Assembly (NCBI GenBank): GCA_028023455.1
Contig: JAQFVV010000003.1
Location: 15,624,001-15,688,000 of the forward strand
DNA: 64,000 nucleotides
Source of the DNA: Epiperipatus broadwayi
Lineage: Eukaryota; Animalia; Onychophora
Direction of reading: 5' to 3'
Numbering within the stretch: the first letter of the stretch is position 1; every line of letters begins with the position of its first letter. The translations under genes and the position numbers were made by a program. Positions 24,250 to 36,943 of the stretch are shown piece after piece. The notes below the pieces were generated by a model that was not told the DNA's origin, made no database searches, and saw only the letters and a list, made by a program, of their open reading frames with translations.

Positions 24250-25990
24250 GTTTCCCATTTCTGTGTTTACTTGATACTTTATGATATTGTCTTTTAATTT
24301 CTTTGGTAGAAAACTCTTCTTTCAGAAATACTTCAACACCATATTTAATTGTAGTTATCCACTGTTTTTTTTTATTTTTTGCTATATCTTCCCAATACTT
24401 ATTAAAATATAGATGGGGTCTGTCTCTCCAATAAAAACCATCATTGAGTTCATCATAAATTACTCTTTTAGAAAGTCTTCCACTGTTTATTTGCTTTACA
24501 TGTCCAGTTCAAGGAAGTTATGATTTTATTTCATGAGTATTAATTAATGTGTAATAAGAAATGTGGACTTAATCAGTGAAGTATTGAATAGCTGCATGCT
24601 CTCAGATCTAACCTCTTCAGCTTCACCTATTTATATAGAAAGTAAGTTGAAATAAAGAAGGGTTCCTTTCTTTTCTTCCAAAATGTAAGCTTGTTGTTAA
24701 GACCTGTAGAGGTCCCTACTATTGCATTTTTATGCGCACATTCTTGAAATTACAGCCTTAGTAAATATTACTTATGTAATCAATGTGCATTTAAATAAAT
24801 TTATAATGATGACAACTTTAAATTATTGTAATAGATTTCTAGCTATAAGATTTTTCCATTGACTCATTGTAAATCAAAAGATTTCACGAGTATTAATGTG
24901 TAATAAGAAATGTGAACTTAATCAGTGAAATATTGAATAGCTTCACACTCAGATCTAAATGCTTCTGTTTCACCTATTTATATAGAAAGTAGGCTGAAGT
25001 AAAGAAGGGTTACCCTCTTTTCTTCCAAAACATAAGCTTGTGGTTAAGACCAGTAGAACTCCCTACTATCGCATTTTACACGCACATTCTTGAGGTTACA
25101 GCCTTAGTAAATATTATTTACGTAATGAATGTGCGTTTAAATAAATTTATAATTATAATAATTTTAATAGTATCAATTCAGAAAATTGAAGAATGTATCA
25201 ATTGTTTTCATGATCTTGCCATTGTATTTTTAAAATTTTACAGAGCATCCTTAAATGAAACTTTTCTAATGCCTTTATATTGTTTTGATAGGCTGGCCAA
25301 GTTTACATCCATACATTAAATTAGGTCAATAACAGTTCTATATACAGCTAATTTTAGTTGTAGTAGTTCCTTGCCTATGATTAAATATTCATTTTAATTT
25401 GTTAAAAGCAGCAATAGTACAATGGAGTCTGTGTTGTATCTCAACATCTAAATCAACCTTTCTATTTATAAAACTACCAAGATATTTAAATTTGTTTGCA
25501 TTCTCGAGTTGATAACCATCCAAGCTAAATCTTGCTGAAGATTTTTCTTCCATCAAACTTGGACGTTTTTAACATTAATTAATAAACTAAAGTCTTTATA
25601 TGTTGCATTTAAAACATTAAGAACATTCTGTGAATTATATTTTTGATTGTCAAAAATATCACAATCATCAGCATATTACAACTCACTAAAGCATCACATA
25701 ATCACCATGTTCTCACTATAAACTCAGAATTCAAAAAGAAAAGATTCTTGTTTTACTTTAAATCAATTCAAATTAAAAATTCCATTAACAAATATGTATT
25801 ACATCTTGATCATTGTTTGATTAATTCGCTTATAAACAGTTCAAAGTCTACTATAATAAAAACTGAAAAGAATGTTAGAGGAAGTACACACCCTTGTTTA
25901 ATTCCAGTTTTCATTTCATAAGGCTCAAATTTTTCACCTGCAACAACACTCTTGTTTCATCATGTATAAGCTGTATAATATAAAAAATAA
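24250..25990 (-). mobile_element. Degraded RTE (BovB-like) LINE, RT domain to 3' end, interrupted by a tandem insertion
   Basis: Minus strand: KTGIKQGCVL, YADDC, FKYLGS, EIQHRL, ALEKFHLRMLCKILKIQWQDH (25990-25190), resuming as GHVKQINSGRLSKRVIYDEL.DG below 24520. Confidence 0.8.
24530..25150. repeat. ~353-bp tandem dimer inserted inside the RTE fragment
   Basis: tca(t/c)gagtatt..aatgtgtaataagaaatgtg restarts at 24531 and 24884. RTE coding remnants on both sides. Confidence 0.88.
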
Positions 25991-26289
25991 TAATTAAACC
26001 CCTAAGTTCAAGTACTGGATCTACCAGGATTGTATTTAATCTGAAGACCTTATGCTCCTACTTTAACACTCTACAGCTACACCAAACCAATCGGAGCATA
26101 ATTTAATATATCAGAAGCTATATTCCAATTATTAAGTATATCATTTTAATATTATAGTTAAATTTTCTCATTATCATCCCATGAGAATATGTCTTTGATC
26201 ATAGTATGTTAGATTTTATAAAATAAACCAGACATGACTACAAGTTGCAAAGAAATGAAGTCATACATCACATGATTTAATTTAATAAA

Positions 26290-26590
26290 CTTGTACTACA
26301 AATGTTATATAATGAGCTTTAATAGCTCTTAACATGTTTTTCCAAATATCCCTATCCCAGACCAGTTTCTAGCTTTTGACTTTCCACAGTGAGGCACTAG
26401 GATATTCAGGCATATGTCTGAATATCTTAGTACCTCACCGATGAAAGCCAAAAGCTAGAAACCGATATGTCTGAATATCCTAGTGGCTCACTAAGGAAAA
26501 CCAAAAGCTAGAAACCAGTCTGGGGATGGGGATATTTGGAAAAGCTTGTTAAGAGTTATTAAAGCTTATTATATAACATGACTACAAGTG
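26290..26590. mobile_element. Fold-back copy of hammerhead-bearing repeat family B (three degenerate cores)
   Basis: Arms are reverse complements around ggatattcagg-catatg-tctgaatatc. Motif cctca C(T/C)GATGA aagc-caaaa-gct a GAAA cNNg TC tgggga at ~26355-26393 (-), 26433-26463 (+, truncated) and 26486-26526 (+). Confidence 0.78.
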
Positions 26591-27699
26591 ACTATTTATG
26601 ACTTTTTATGAGTATTAATTAAGATTTTCTTTATTTAATTTCTGTTTTCATCAATTATAAACATTTTATGATAATTTTGAGAAACCATCAACAATTTTCT
26701 TTATAAATAATTTTATTGTGGTATATTTCGTATTAAATACAATATTTTTCAAATTTTTCTTTCAAAAGTATACACCTGATTGCTTGAGCAAGGTTGTCCC
26801 TACATGGACTAGATGATTGATGAGTTTATATTTTTGTAATTACAAATATTTTTTGAAAGATAAAAATAATAATTTTGACTTTTAATTAATAAAAAAATAA
26901 TCAAATAACATATTGCTTGGAAGTTTACATAAGTTTGAGCACCAAAAGTGACAGCTTAAAGCTGTGATTTAACTACAATTCATGAATCTTGAGATCCAGA
27001 GTTCTTCATTCCATCACTGCATAATTTACAACATCCTAGAATGACAGAGTAAATCTCAAAACCCATAGATCATGTCTTAATTTTATCAATCCATTGTTCA
27101 AACTTCTTGTGAACTTCTAATCGACAAAACATATAATTATTTACATTTAATTAGCAATTTACAATAATAAATAAATAAAGTGCAATGAATAGAATGAGTT
27201 AATGTATAAGAAGAGAATCATTATTAAAATAATTTTTTGAATTATATGAAAAATGATTTGGAAAAGTTTTAACTTCAGACATCTTTCAAAAGTAATCTTT
27301 ATTATTTAAAAGATTACAAAAAATTATCGGGTACACTTACCCATGGAGGATGTTCAATGTTAAAAGGTAAAACAATTATTGACCAGGTTTACAAAGTACA
27401 TACGCTCGATAACAAATATATCCATAAAAGGGTTGTATAATTTTGCTTAATGTGTATTTACACATGGACAAGCACAGATCTGCACTGCTCAAAAACAATC
27501 TACCAAGTAGCAACAATAATCGTCAACAGCCCACACCATAAACCAGATCCCCAACGACTGCCACCATCAACCCCTGCGGAAGAAATGAGGAGTGCAGACC
27601 CATGCCTGCAAATATTACAACAAAACTTTATTACTGTTACAAAGATGATATTTCTAGCTGGAGTGTCTAGAATCCAGCATGTTAAATGAATTTATCTGT

Positions 27700-28330
27700 G
27701 GTTATGATCTTGATAAAAGAATTGTTCACTTTTATTCCTTAAATTTCTCAATCCTTATTAAAAGTTATTCATTAAGTGATTTCATTAAAACAGTTGATAT
27801 TTTATCTTCCTCATCCGTTAAATCCAATATATTATCCTAAGCCTCTTGCATAACGTTATTTACCCCATACTTCTATTCCCTCCAGTTTTCATTGCATTTG
27901 CATAGATTTTCATTTTTGATTGTAATGACTCTTCATGCTTAAATTCTTGGTTATTAACACTAAATAATTTGTTTGACTTACTTTTCTCATTAGTTTCAAA
28001 TTTAGATTTTATAGATTTCTTCTTATTAATCTGATTCACTTTTTAGATAATGTTGTTTTCAATTTTAAACTTTTTGAAGCCTTCAACGATATTCATTTCT
28101 TCTTTCCCTTGTGATATTTTGGGTGACATATAATGCAAATCACATGAGGTGTTTTCTTTGTTAACAGGATTCTCTTCTTCCATCAGTTGTTTATTTATAC
28201 TGCTGTTTTCTTGACTCACATTTTCACCTCTATTTTGCACTTGATTTGATATGTTCTCTGCCATCTTTGTTTTCACAATGATGTCAGTTAAATCCTTGTT
28301 GCTGTTAGGAAACTAAAAGTTTTCTTTATT
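27700..28330 (-). mobile_element. Possible decayed LINE ORF1-like region
   Basis: ORF 28043-28276 continues through stops into YANAMK and RIEKFKE..TILL, resembling SYA..K and RLGK..RPIL motifs of LINE ORF1 proteins. Family not identified. Confidence 0.3.
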
Positions 28331-28864
28331 TTGAAAGGCAATGAATTTATCCTCAGTTTAGCTTCAAAATATTATAGTGAAGCTTCATTAACCTTTTTTA
28401 ATTAGTAGTTTCCTACTGTAAAATAAAACCAGTAAAATCTGTCTAATATAATTAAAATCTAAGCCTTTTCTTATTTGTTCTTTGTGATGTTTAGAAATTA
28501 GCAGAGCTGATGAAGGAGATACTTTTGCAAAAGGAACTGTTTGTTTGTATTATCATGGTCTGCAATGCAGAATTTAGTTACTATATAAACATGTTGCATC
28601 TTACAACATCAAGTGATTTTCTCATATACTTATTCATACATTTCCCAATAGTAAAGTAAAAAGAACTGAACTTAAATCTTATTTTCATAATGAGAAATAT
28701 GGGTGTGATTGCAGGAGAATTTTACATTATTCAAATACTTATGAGAATAGATTGTTGGGTAGATTAGTACACTTCAAGATTAAAATAATAGTTGTATTAA
28801 AACAATAAACATTATTCCAATCTTATTCACAAGAAAATTGATGTTCATTCTCTAAGTAGAATTT

Positions 28865-29070
28865 CACAGAGGCTAAACTCTCCATGCAGTAGTGCCTCTC
28901 AGTGTGAGACAGAGTAATCAATGGACGCAAAAAGGTTTGTGCATAAAATCCCTATCTAATGCCGACTCATCCAAATACCCCAGACTAGTTTCTAGCTTGT
29001 GGCTTTCATCAATGAGGAGCCTTTGATTTGCGCTGAGTAATGCAACTGTATGGAGAGTTTAGCTTCTGTG
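28865..29070 (-). mobile_element. Hammerhead-bearing repeat family B, short copy with ~38-bp inverted ends
   Basis: Alignable to 49880-50035. Minus strand cctca TTGATGA aagc-cacaa-gct a GAAA ctag TC tgggg. 29031-29070 is the reverse complement of 28865-28902. Confidence 0.8.
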
Positions 29071-29079
29071 TAAGCAGCT

Positions 29080-30640
29080 TGTGAAAGCATAAAGAATGGT
29101 GATCATGTGATGTTTAGTGGTTTAGTAGAATTACCTATATATATAAAATTTCAAGAGCTATTAAACTGTGAAATTTATAAACTGAATCTTCAAAACCATC
29201 ATATTGCTGAAGCATGGAATTCTTTTAAGGAGTGTGTTATGAATACTGGCAATATTGGGTTCACTAAAGGGAAAAATCATGAGGGGCTTTTTGATAACAA
29301 TCTTATTAGTGATTTGATTAAAAAGAAATGTGACAATTTTTGCTCAACAGAATAATAAATTTAAACGAGAAACTTCATAATAGTTATAAAAGTAAGAAGG
29401 CAGAAGTTCAATGATTGACAAGGAGGCTTAAAATGATTGGTGGATTAAATTTGCAAAGAAAATCCAGACATTTACTGATTGTGGCCATTTTAGATCTTCT
29501 TTTGATGCACTGATCGTATCACATTACTCTTAATTCCAGCAATGGTATTCTCTTATATAATGACAATGATATTTTGAATAGATGTAAGAAATATTTTTTA
29601 TCATCTTTTGAATAATGATACAGAAATTGAGATGATGACTTTTAATGATATATCCATTTGATCTACTCATTTAGATTTGGGCAATCATATCCAGCTTAGT
29701 GAAATCAAAACAGTTCTTTGTAATTTTAAAAATGACAAGACCGCAGGTCTTGATAAAATATGTGAAGTTTTAAAATCAGCATTAAAAATATTATAGTTTT
29801 TAGAAATATATGAACTTATGAAGTTGTGTCACCCCATCTTAAGGATGCTTTTATTGTTACATTTTTTTTAAACAAAGGGAATAGACAGAAATGCAGTAAT
29901 TATGAAATATCATTATTATTGACTACAGCAAAGGAAAAATTCAAACATTTTATTGAATAGGTTGTTTTCAGTCATACATAAGTGATTATCAGAAATTCCA
30001 TGTGATTTCAGAGAGTTGAGAAACTCTGTAGACATAATTTTTATTGTTAAACAAATAGCAAAAAAGTGTCAGGATCAAAGAAATTATTTATATAATGTTT
30101 TTATTAACTTGATTAATGCATTTGATTCAGTTAAAAAATTATGTTTATGGGAAACTAAAAATGATTCAACTTGATTAATGCATTTGATTCAGTTAATAGA
30201 ATCTGTCTATGGGAGTGTTAAAATTAGTTGGTATCTACAAAAATGTATTTATATTATATAGCATTTGAATGAAAATTGATGGTAAACAAGGATGTGCATT
30301 TGTTCCAACATTGTTTTCAATTTTTATAACATTAGCTTTCGAAATTCTTTATAGGGAGTTTAATGAAACCGAGATTAAGATAAAATACAGATTTGATGAT
30401 GTTGTTTTTAATTTGATTAGATTAAAAGCAAAAACAAGATCTCCATCTTCTTGAATTCTGAATTTACAGTATGCTGATAATTGTGCTACTTTTGCCATTT
30501 AAAAGACAATTTCAGAATATACTTAATGTTTCGAATGCAACATATAAAGTCCTTGGTTTTTTAATTAATGTTCAAAAAATTCATTATTTATCAGCTAGGA
30601 AAAAATATCCCCAGAAACTTTTAGTATAGATGGTGTTATT
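29080..30640 (+). mobile_element. Degraded RTE (BovB-like) LINE ORF2 fragment
   Basis: AWNSFKE, KTAGLDKI, KG.RQKCSNY, INLINAFDSV, GKQGC, FNLIRLKAKT and LQYADNC in the expected order, with stops and frameshifts. Confidence 0.85.
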
Positions 30641-31620
30641 TTATTATTGCTTGCCATTTTTGACAATATTTATTATAGGTCTTTAGAAACAATTTTCTTC
30701 ACTCTATTATAGAACCATTTATTATAAGCTTTAGTAACAAGTGGACACTGGGTAATAGGGTCATTATATCTACATCTGTTTTTACTTAGAACGACATATG
30801 CAAAATGCTTGCTGATGATGCAAGCACAAACTAGAAACTGTTAATGAAGATATATATATAACTAACACTATTATTAAATGTCTATTGATTATTCAAGCTA
30901 AATATATGTTTCTATAGTAGAGTGAAAAGTAGTGCTTCTGAAAGCACATGTTGAAATTAAAAGTCATGTGATGTTTTGTTGATATTATATATTGTAAAAT
31001 ATCTCAAATTTAGAATTATAGCATAAAATAATAAAGTTTAATACGTCATTTAGAAGCAATAATTTTTTTTTAAAAAAGGTGAGATTTTGCTACAAAGCAT
31101 GGCTTTATTTTTATAATTAAAGATATTAGCATTTAAAGTTTCAAAGAGAAGGAAGTGAAATATTAGAGGAAGTTAAATGTTAGTTTCAAAAGGCTTTATT
31201 GAACTATAAGTTGACAAAACAATACTTAGTGTCACATACATTAAATAGAGTAAAAAATAACTATGAGGTTTTAAACAAAGGGAGATATGTAGTGTATATT
31301 ATATACTCTGTATTTTTATCCCATGCTAGAGATGAGAAAAATTAAAAAGCTACGTGTAACAGAAAAAGAATACGAATATTGAAAGCAGCTTAGCATTTAC
31401 TGACTGCTGCATAGGATTTACATATTTCTATGTACATCATGCTTTAATGTCTTTTTTGCTTTTAATTATTTAATTGTCATTTTATAATAGTGAGTCATGT
31501 CATAAATTCGAGTGAAGTCGCATTAGTTTCCATGTGTGAATAAATATTAGTTGGCTATTATAAATGCCTCATGTGGACGATATACTTACTGATATATATA
31601 TATATTTATTTTTATCAAAG

Positions 31621-31799
31621 GTGAGAACAGATACTGATCCAGAAGATGCATTACAAGTGTCTATCATTCAAGATTCTATGGATGCCATTAATATAAGCTG
31701 GCAAACAGTCCCTTACTTATCATCAGAATGGAAACTAATTGGGTATAGTGTAATTGTAGAAGGTGAGAAGTTTGGAATAGATATCGACAGCAACAGTAG
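31621..31799 (+). CDS. FN3-like exon (VRTDTDPEDALQVSIIQDSMDAINISWQ..LIGYSVIVEGEKFGIDIDSNS)
   Basis: tttatttttatcaaAG acceptor, AG|GTAAGA donor, phase 0 to 2. FN3 A/B-strand Trp and C-strand Tyr motifs. Confidence 0.85.
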
Positions 31800-32499
31800 G
31801 TAAGATTTAAGAAAATAATTATTTCATGGTTTTAAAAAATAATTATTTAATTTATTAATTTATATCTTTTTGAATTTATTATTATTACTGAAAGTGGTAT
31901 TATAGTGATAGATAGTTTGTTAATGAACAAAGATTAGAACTTGATTTTTACTAAGGAAAGAGAGAGAAAAAAACTCTCTCTGATCATTTGATGTGGAATT
32001 GTTATATTATAACATTCATAAAAACTAATTAAACTTTCTAGTGATGTGATGAGTTGAGAGAGATAAAATTTGTCATCGCAAAAAAAAAACCCCCACTATA
32101 TTCCTATATAGTAGCAAGTATTGAATCTACCATTAACAAAGTGATTATCAGTGAATAAAATCAAGGATGTTAAACTGAATAGAATAATTTTAATAGTCAA
32201 TGTGATATCACTAAAAAAGGAGAAAAATACTTTATATAGCAATATTTCTTTTGAAAATTATAAGAAGCTAGCCAGTCTGATAAGATTGTATTACTGTATG
32301 CTTATGAGGGAATGCTAAAGGTAAATAATGGTCTCAGCATTTGTAGCTATATGATCCTTTTTCTCCTGTTTTGAAGACTTTTACATTACTAATATAATCC
32401 TATTTTACAGTTAGCATGTTAACACACATCTTACCAACTCATATTGTTTTGAATATCTCTACTCTTCTGTAAATAGCCATTTACTTATTACTATTCTAA

Positions 32500-32900
32500 T
32501 ATACAAATTAAAAAGCGTATGAAACACTTGAACGAGAAGCTATAACGATTCCAAAAATTATTATACGCTTAGCGCTTTCGAGGCCATTTGCCTCATATTC
32601 ATAGCGGTAATGCGAGATGCAGAACGAGGAAATAGGGCAAGGAAACAAAGTGATATGCAAAATGTATGCAAATGAGCTAGATAGTCCAATGTTTGGAGAT
32701 GTCAAAGCAGGTGTCCCATCTATTGATAGAGTTATTATTGCCATTTATGAAGTATGCTTCTCTGATTTTCCACTTGATGTCGTTTTCCTCAATGCAGACT
32801 ATTTTGGGGCTGAGGGTTCAAACACATGTCCTGTCTTCTTGAAAGGTTTTAAGAATGTTGATGTAGATTGGTTATTAAAGCATTATAAACTTGAATAGAA
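32500..32900 (-). mobile_element. Penelope-like element 3' fragment (GIY-YIG C-terminal tail plus pLTR with dead hammerhead)
   Basis: Minus strand KKTGHVFEPSAPK-IVCIEENDIKWKIREAYFINGNNNSINRWDTCFDISKHW matches the H..ETGH.F..KRKIREA.I...N..NR motif. Hammerhead-like motif at 32566-32606. Confidence 0.8.
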
Positions 32901-35900
32901 ATTTCTCTTACCTTAAAATTTTTCCAAGTTCCATGTAGATTTCAATCTCAGATCAGGAATATGGTAAATAAATACATAAAATGATAAAAATAATATCATA
33001 AAAAATTATAAATTAAGCATTTTCTTTTTAAAATATCTCACTGTAATTGTTTTAGTACATAACTATATATTGCATTATTCCTAAACAGCCATTGCAATTA
33101 CCTTTTAAAAATGTCTAACTTTGTTCTTTAAAAACTGCATCTTAAATACTTTCGTTAAAAGAGATAAGAACAGCATTTTCCATATCAACCAAAATTCCTA
33201 GACTCGTTATATAATTTTCCCAAATGCCCTGTGATGTTTAACTCAATTTTAGTCTAACAAATTAGAAAGCTAGAAGTTTCTAAATCAAAGCTCAATCTTT
33301 TACTTCTGGTTGCAGAATATCACATGACAATTGAGCAGTTAATCATCTAATAATATTTTACCTGTTTTTCGCAGACATCCACATTTGTCTTTTGGATATT
33401 TGTTTTTAAAAAAGTATTATAGATATAAATTGTAATTGCCCCATCATTTCTACATATATGTTTAAGCAGAGTTTCACATTCAAAGTAATAATTATTGATA
33501 TTGTTGGATCAAGATACAATAAGAAATGGGAAGATGTGTATTTGGAAAAAATCTGTAAACATTAGATGATGCTGTACAAATAAAATAGGATAATTATTAT
33601 TTCATATAAGAAATACCAAGAACAAATTAAAACTAACAATTTAGAGAAGTAGAATTTCTAGCATAATTTTTAAATGGATTAATTTAAAAGAATGGTGGAA
33701 AAATTAATTGACAGGCAATAAGATATTTAAAAAAAATTACATGGAGATTGCATTTCAATGTACCTATACAACAATGGAGATGAATATTCCAATAGGGTAT
33801 TTGATTTACAATGTGTCAGGGATTGGGATAAGAGGATAGAAAATTCAATTAGTAAAAAGAGAAAAATGTTATGGAAATTAAAATGTATTATAAAATATCT
33901 TAGTATAATGTAAAACAAGCTCAGTTTGAGAAAATATATTTATAATTAATATAGTATAAAACAAGATCAATGTAGGAACTGAAGATATTTATGATAAATG
34001 CAGAGAGAGAAAAAAATATTTAAGCTAGAACAAGAAATATAGAGAAAATGAATGAATTAAAAATGAAAAGATTTTAATTTATCATGTGATTTGTGGAAGT
34101 ATTGTTCAGAAAATGTTGAAAATTTACTTTTAGCATATAAGTTTTAATTTAGAGGACTAATATTGGTATTGTACAAAGGCTGAAATCACTAGTTTCAACT
34201 ATATCAATATTTAAAATAGTTTTCTCATTATTAGTCAATCTTTAATTTTCACAAAATAAGTTTGGATCTAATTGCTTATGAAGTTTCTTATTGGTCAATG
34301 GTGGCACATCAATTTGCCCTACTTATGTTTTGGACATAAAACCATGCCAATTAGATTTGGAAACTTTTTCACTTGTCTTGGGATTTTTCTTTCAGGTAAA
34401 TGCCCCATAACCAAAAGAATGTTAAAATATTTCATAGTGGAAATTAAGATGTTTTAATATTTTAAAACGTGGATCTCTTATGAGAAAATTATTTTTTTAA
34501 AGCTTTCTGATTTTGATTAATAATATTAAATAATTTTTATGGTAATTAATAAATATGAAATTATCAGTTAATTTTCAGGTAATAAGAAGATAAAATTAAT
34601 AAAAAAGAATATATTCTAAATCAAATTGAGAATAAATGCTTAAAAATATTGACTTTTTTACACTATTATCATATTGTCACAAAAATGATTGAAAAGCACA
34701 AAATAAGGATACAGAAAGAGAAACAATAAAACAAAATTACTGATAAATAGATATGTAGTTGTGCTTAGAGGGGCAAACAAAAATGAAAAAAGTAGTCAAA
34801 TCATTTAGCAATTGCCCAGTCTAATGAGTGAGTATTATTGCTTTTATTGTTCTTCTATGAAAAGCAAGCCCCCCCCCCTCCATAATAAGATATTTAAAGA
34901 CTATTTTATTTTTTATTTTATATATTTAAAAGAAAAAAATTAAACTCTAAAACTGAATTGATATAATCTTTCTTCTGAATACAATCAAATTTTTAAAATT
35001 CATAATATTTATCAATCCATATTTTTTGACAATAACCATATAAAAATAGTAAAAATGTTAATAAATTGTGTAATATTTATATGAATTCAGTGAAATAAAA
35101 TAAGCTTTGAAAAGAACACATCGATTAAGAATTGTGCAAAAGACTTACAGAAAAACAATTTTGACAGTTCTTTTAGCTGATATAGATCATCCTAGAGAAC
35201 TCTATTTCTGTTACAAAGTCTTTAGAGATTGAAGGTTCTAGAATAACTCTAATTTGAATTTTCATCATTAATAATTAAAACAAGTGGGCCAATAGAATTG
35301 ATTTTTACTGTAACCATATTTTATATTTACATAAATAAATTTGGCTAGAATAACTGTTAATTGTGAAAATCATTACTATAAAAGCTGATAGAATTTAATT
35401 TGGTTAAAATAAAATGCTATCATAATACTATGGATATTAATAATATATTTAAATTTTTAAATCATTGGCTTTTTTGGAAAAACAAGATAAAAATGGAAAA
35501 TAGCCACTAATAAAAAACAGTATCAATCCAATGAATTGTATTAAAAGAAAGGCATTTATTTATTAATCAGTGCTGGTAATCTGTTTTGCCTGCAACCTAG
35601 TGTTTATTTATCTTAAGAACTTAATGTTTCACTACATGGTATAATACTATAAACTGTATAATTACATATTTTTTTATCAGCTGAATTTATTGTTATTTAA
35701 ACAGCTTATCTTTAAAAAATATTGTTTCAGAATTTTTGTTTTTGAATCAGCTTGCACTTTCCAATATTTTTTGATGACAATATGTTGGTGGTAGACATCA
35801 ATAAGGAAGAATCATAATAAAATCTGTCTTCCTAAAGTCCATATTCTTAAAAATTTATTCTTAGTTTGATTTAGGAAATCAATCTTTTATTTCAACTTTT

Positions 35901-36787
35901 GTAAATATATTAAATAATCTTCACATTACCATATATTCTTTTGAAATCATATGAATTTTAACCTTTTTTCTTATTATCTGGAAATTACTTGATCATTTTT
36001 TAATTATTAATTTGCATAAAAAAGGATGAATAATTTATTTAGCATTAGTATCAAAAACAGGAAGCTATAAAAATAATTACCTTATAAGTATTCCATTCTT
36101 TTAGTTATTATAATACCTTACTTTTCTCTGTGAAATATATGTTTTTTATATATTTGCAATAGCATATATTCAGATTTCAGAATAGTTTTCAAAATCTGTT
36201 TTAAGTTAGGATTGAAGTTTACATATACTGAAACAATGTAGCATCAAACTCTGGTTTGGATATTAGATCAACCTTATTGGGTTATACTAATTTATTAAAG
36301 TTAAGACTCATGTGTTGCTGATCTATATAAATTTATTTTAATCTTTTCATTATTTATGCTTTTCTCTATATCCTGTTTTAAAAAAATTGAATGGTCATAT
36401 AATATATGAGTAACAAATATTGCAGAGTTCTTGAGTCTGTAACTGATTGCTGCACAAAACATGCAGGATTATTAATATAATTATTATTTATATAAGGCTA
36501 TAACCTTAGTACATGCACCTTGTGTGCTTAATTTTTATTACAAGAGAGACCTCTCCAAATCTTAACAGAAGATTTGACTTTATAAAGATAAGAGCAGTAT
36601 GGCAATTGTTCACATTAACATTTTTTAACAGTGAATAAATCTCTCAAAAAAATCAACATACTTCAAGTATTAATTACAATATTCAATACTTGGAACTTTA
36701 TTCCCATGTGGCCGCAAGAGACGCTGTTTTCCATGTCAACCACAGAAATATTCAGAGTAGGGGCCAAAAGCATCGATGCAAGTTCCA

Positions 36788-36943
36788 GCTGCTAGATGGC
36801 ACTGTTCACCATGCATACAGACAGGAACCTTATGCCAAGTAGCTGCCAGCACTACTGCCCGCTTGGTGGCGCTGATAGTCATATATAAACACATCTAGCT
36901 TACATTGTCTGCTACCAGCGATCTAGCTCACTATGTGGCACTG
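36788..36943 (+). promoter_or_regulatory. Three CTCF-like motifs in tandem, ~70-bp spacing
   Basis: gctgCTAGATGGCACTG (36788), cccgCTTGGTGGCGCTG (36858), ctcaCTATGTGGCACTG (36927) versus consensus CCASYAGRKGGCRS, in a GC/CpG-rich island. Confidence 0.5.

Noticed and set aside
18858-25150. Tandem repeats as a CRISPR array or other prokaryotic system
   Set aside because: Units are hundreds of bp with no unique spacers and no cas genes; the context is a spliced eukaryotic gene.
30805-30850. CTGATGA...GAAA at 30812-30837 as a hammerhead
   Set aside because: No stem II pairing adjacent to GAAA and no stem I partner after a UH site.
32508-32898. ORFs 32508-32744 (-) and 32617-32898 (+)
   Set aside because: Off-frame or antisense readings of the Penelope tail; the real homology is in another minus frame.
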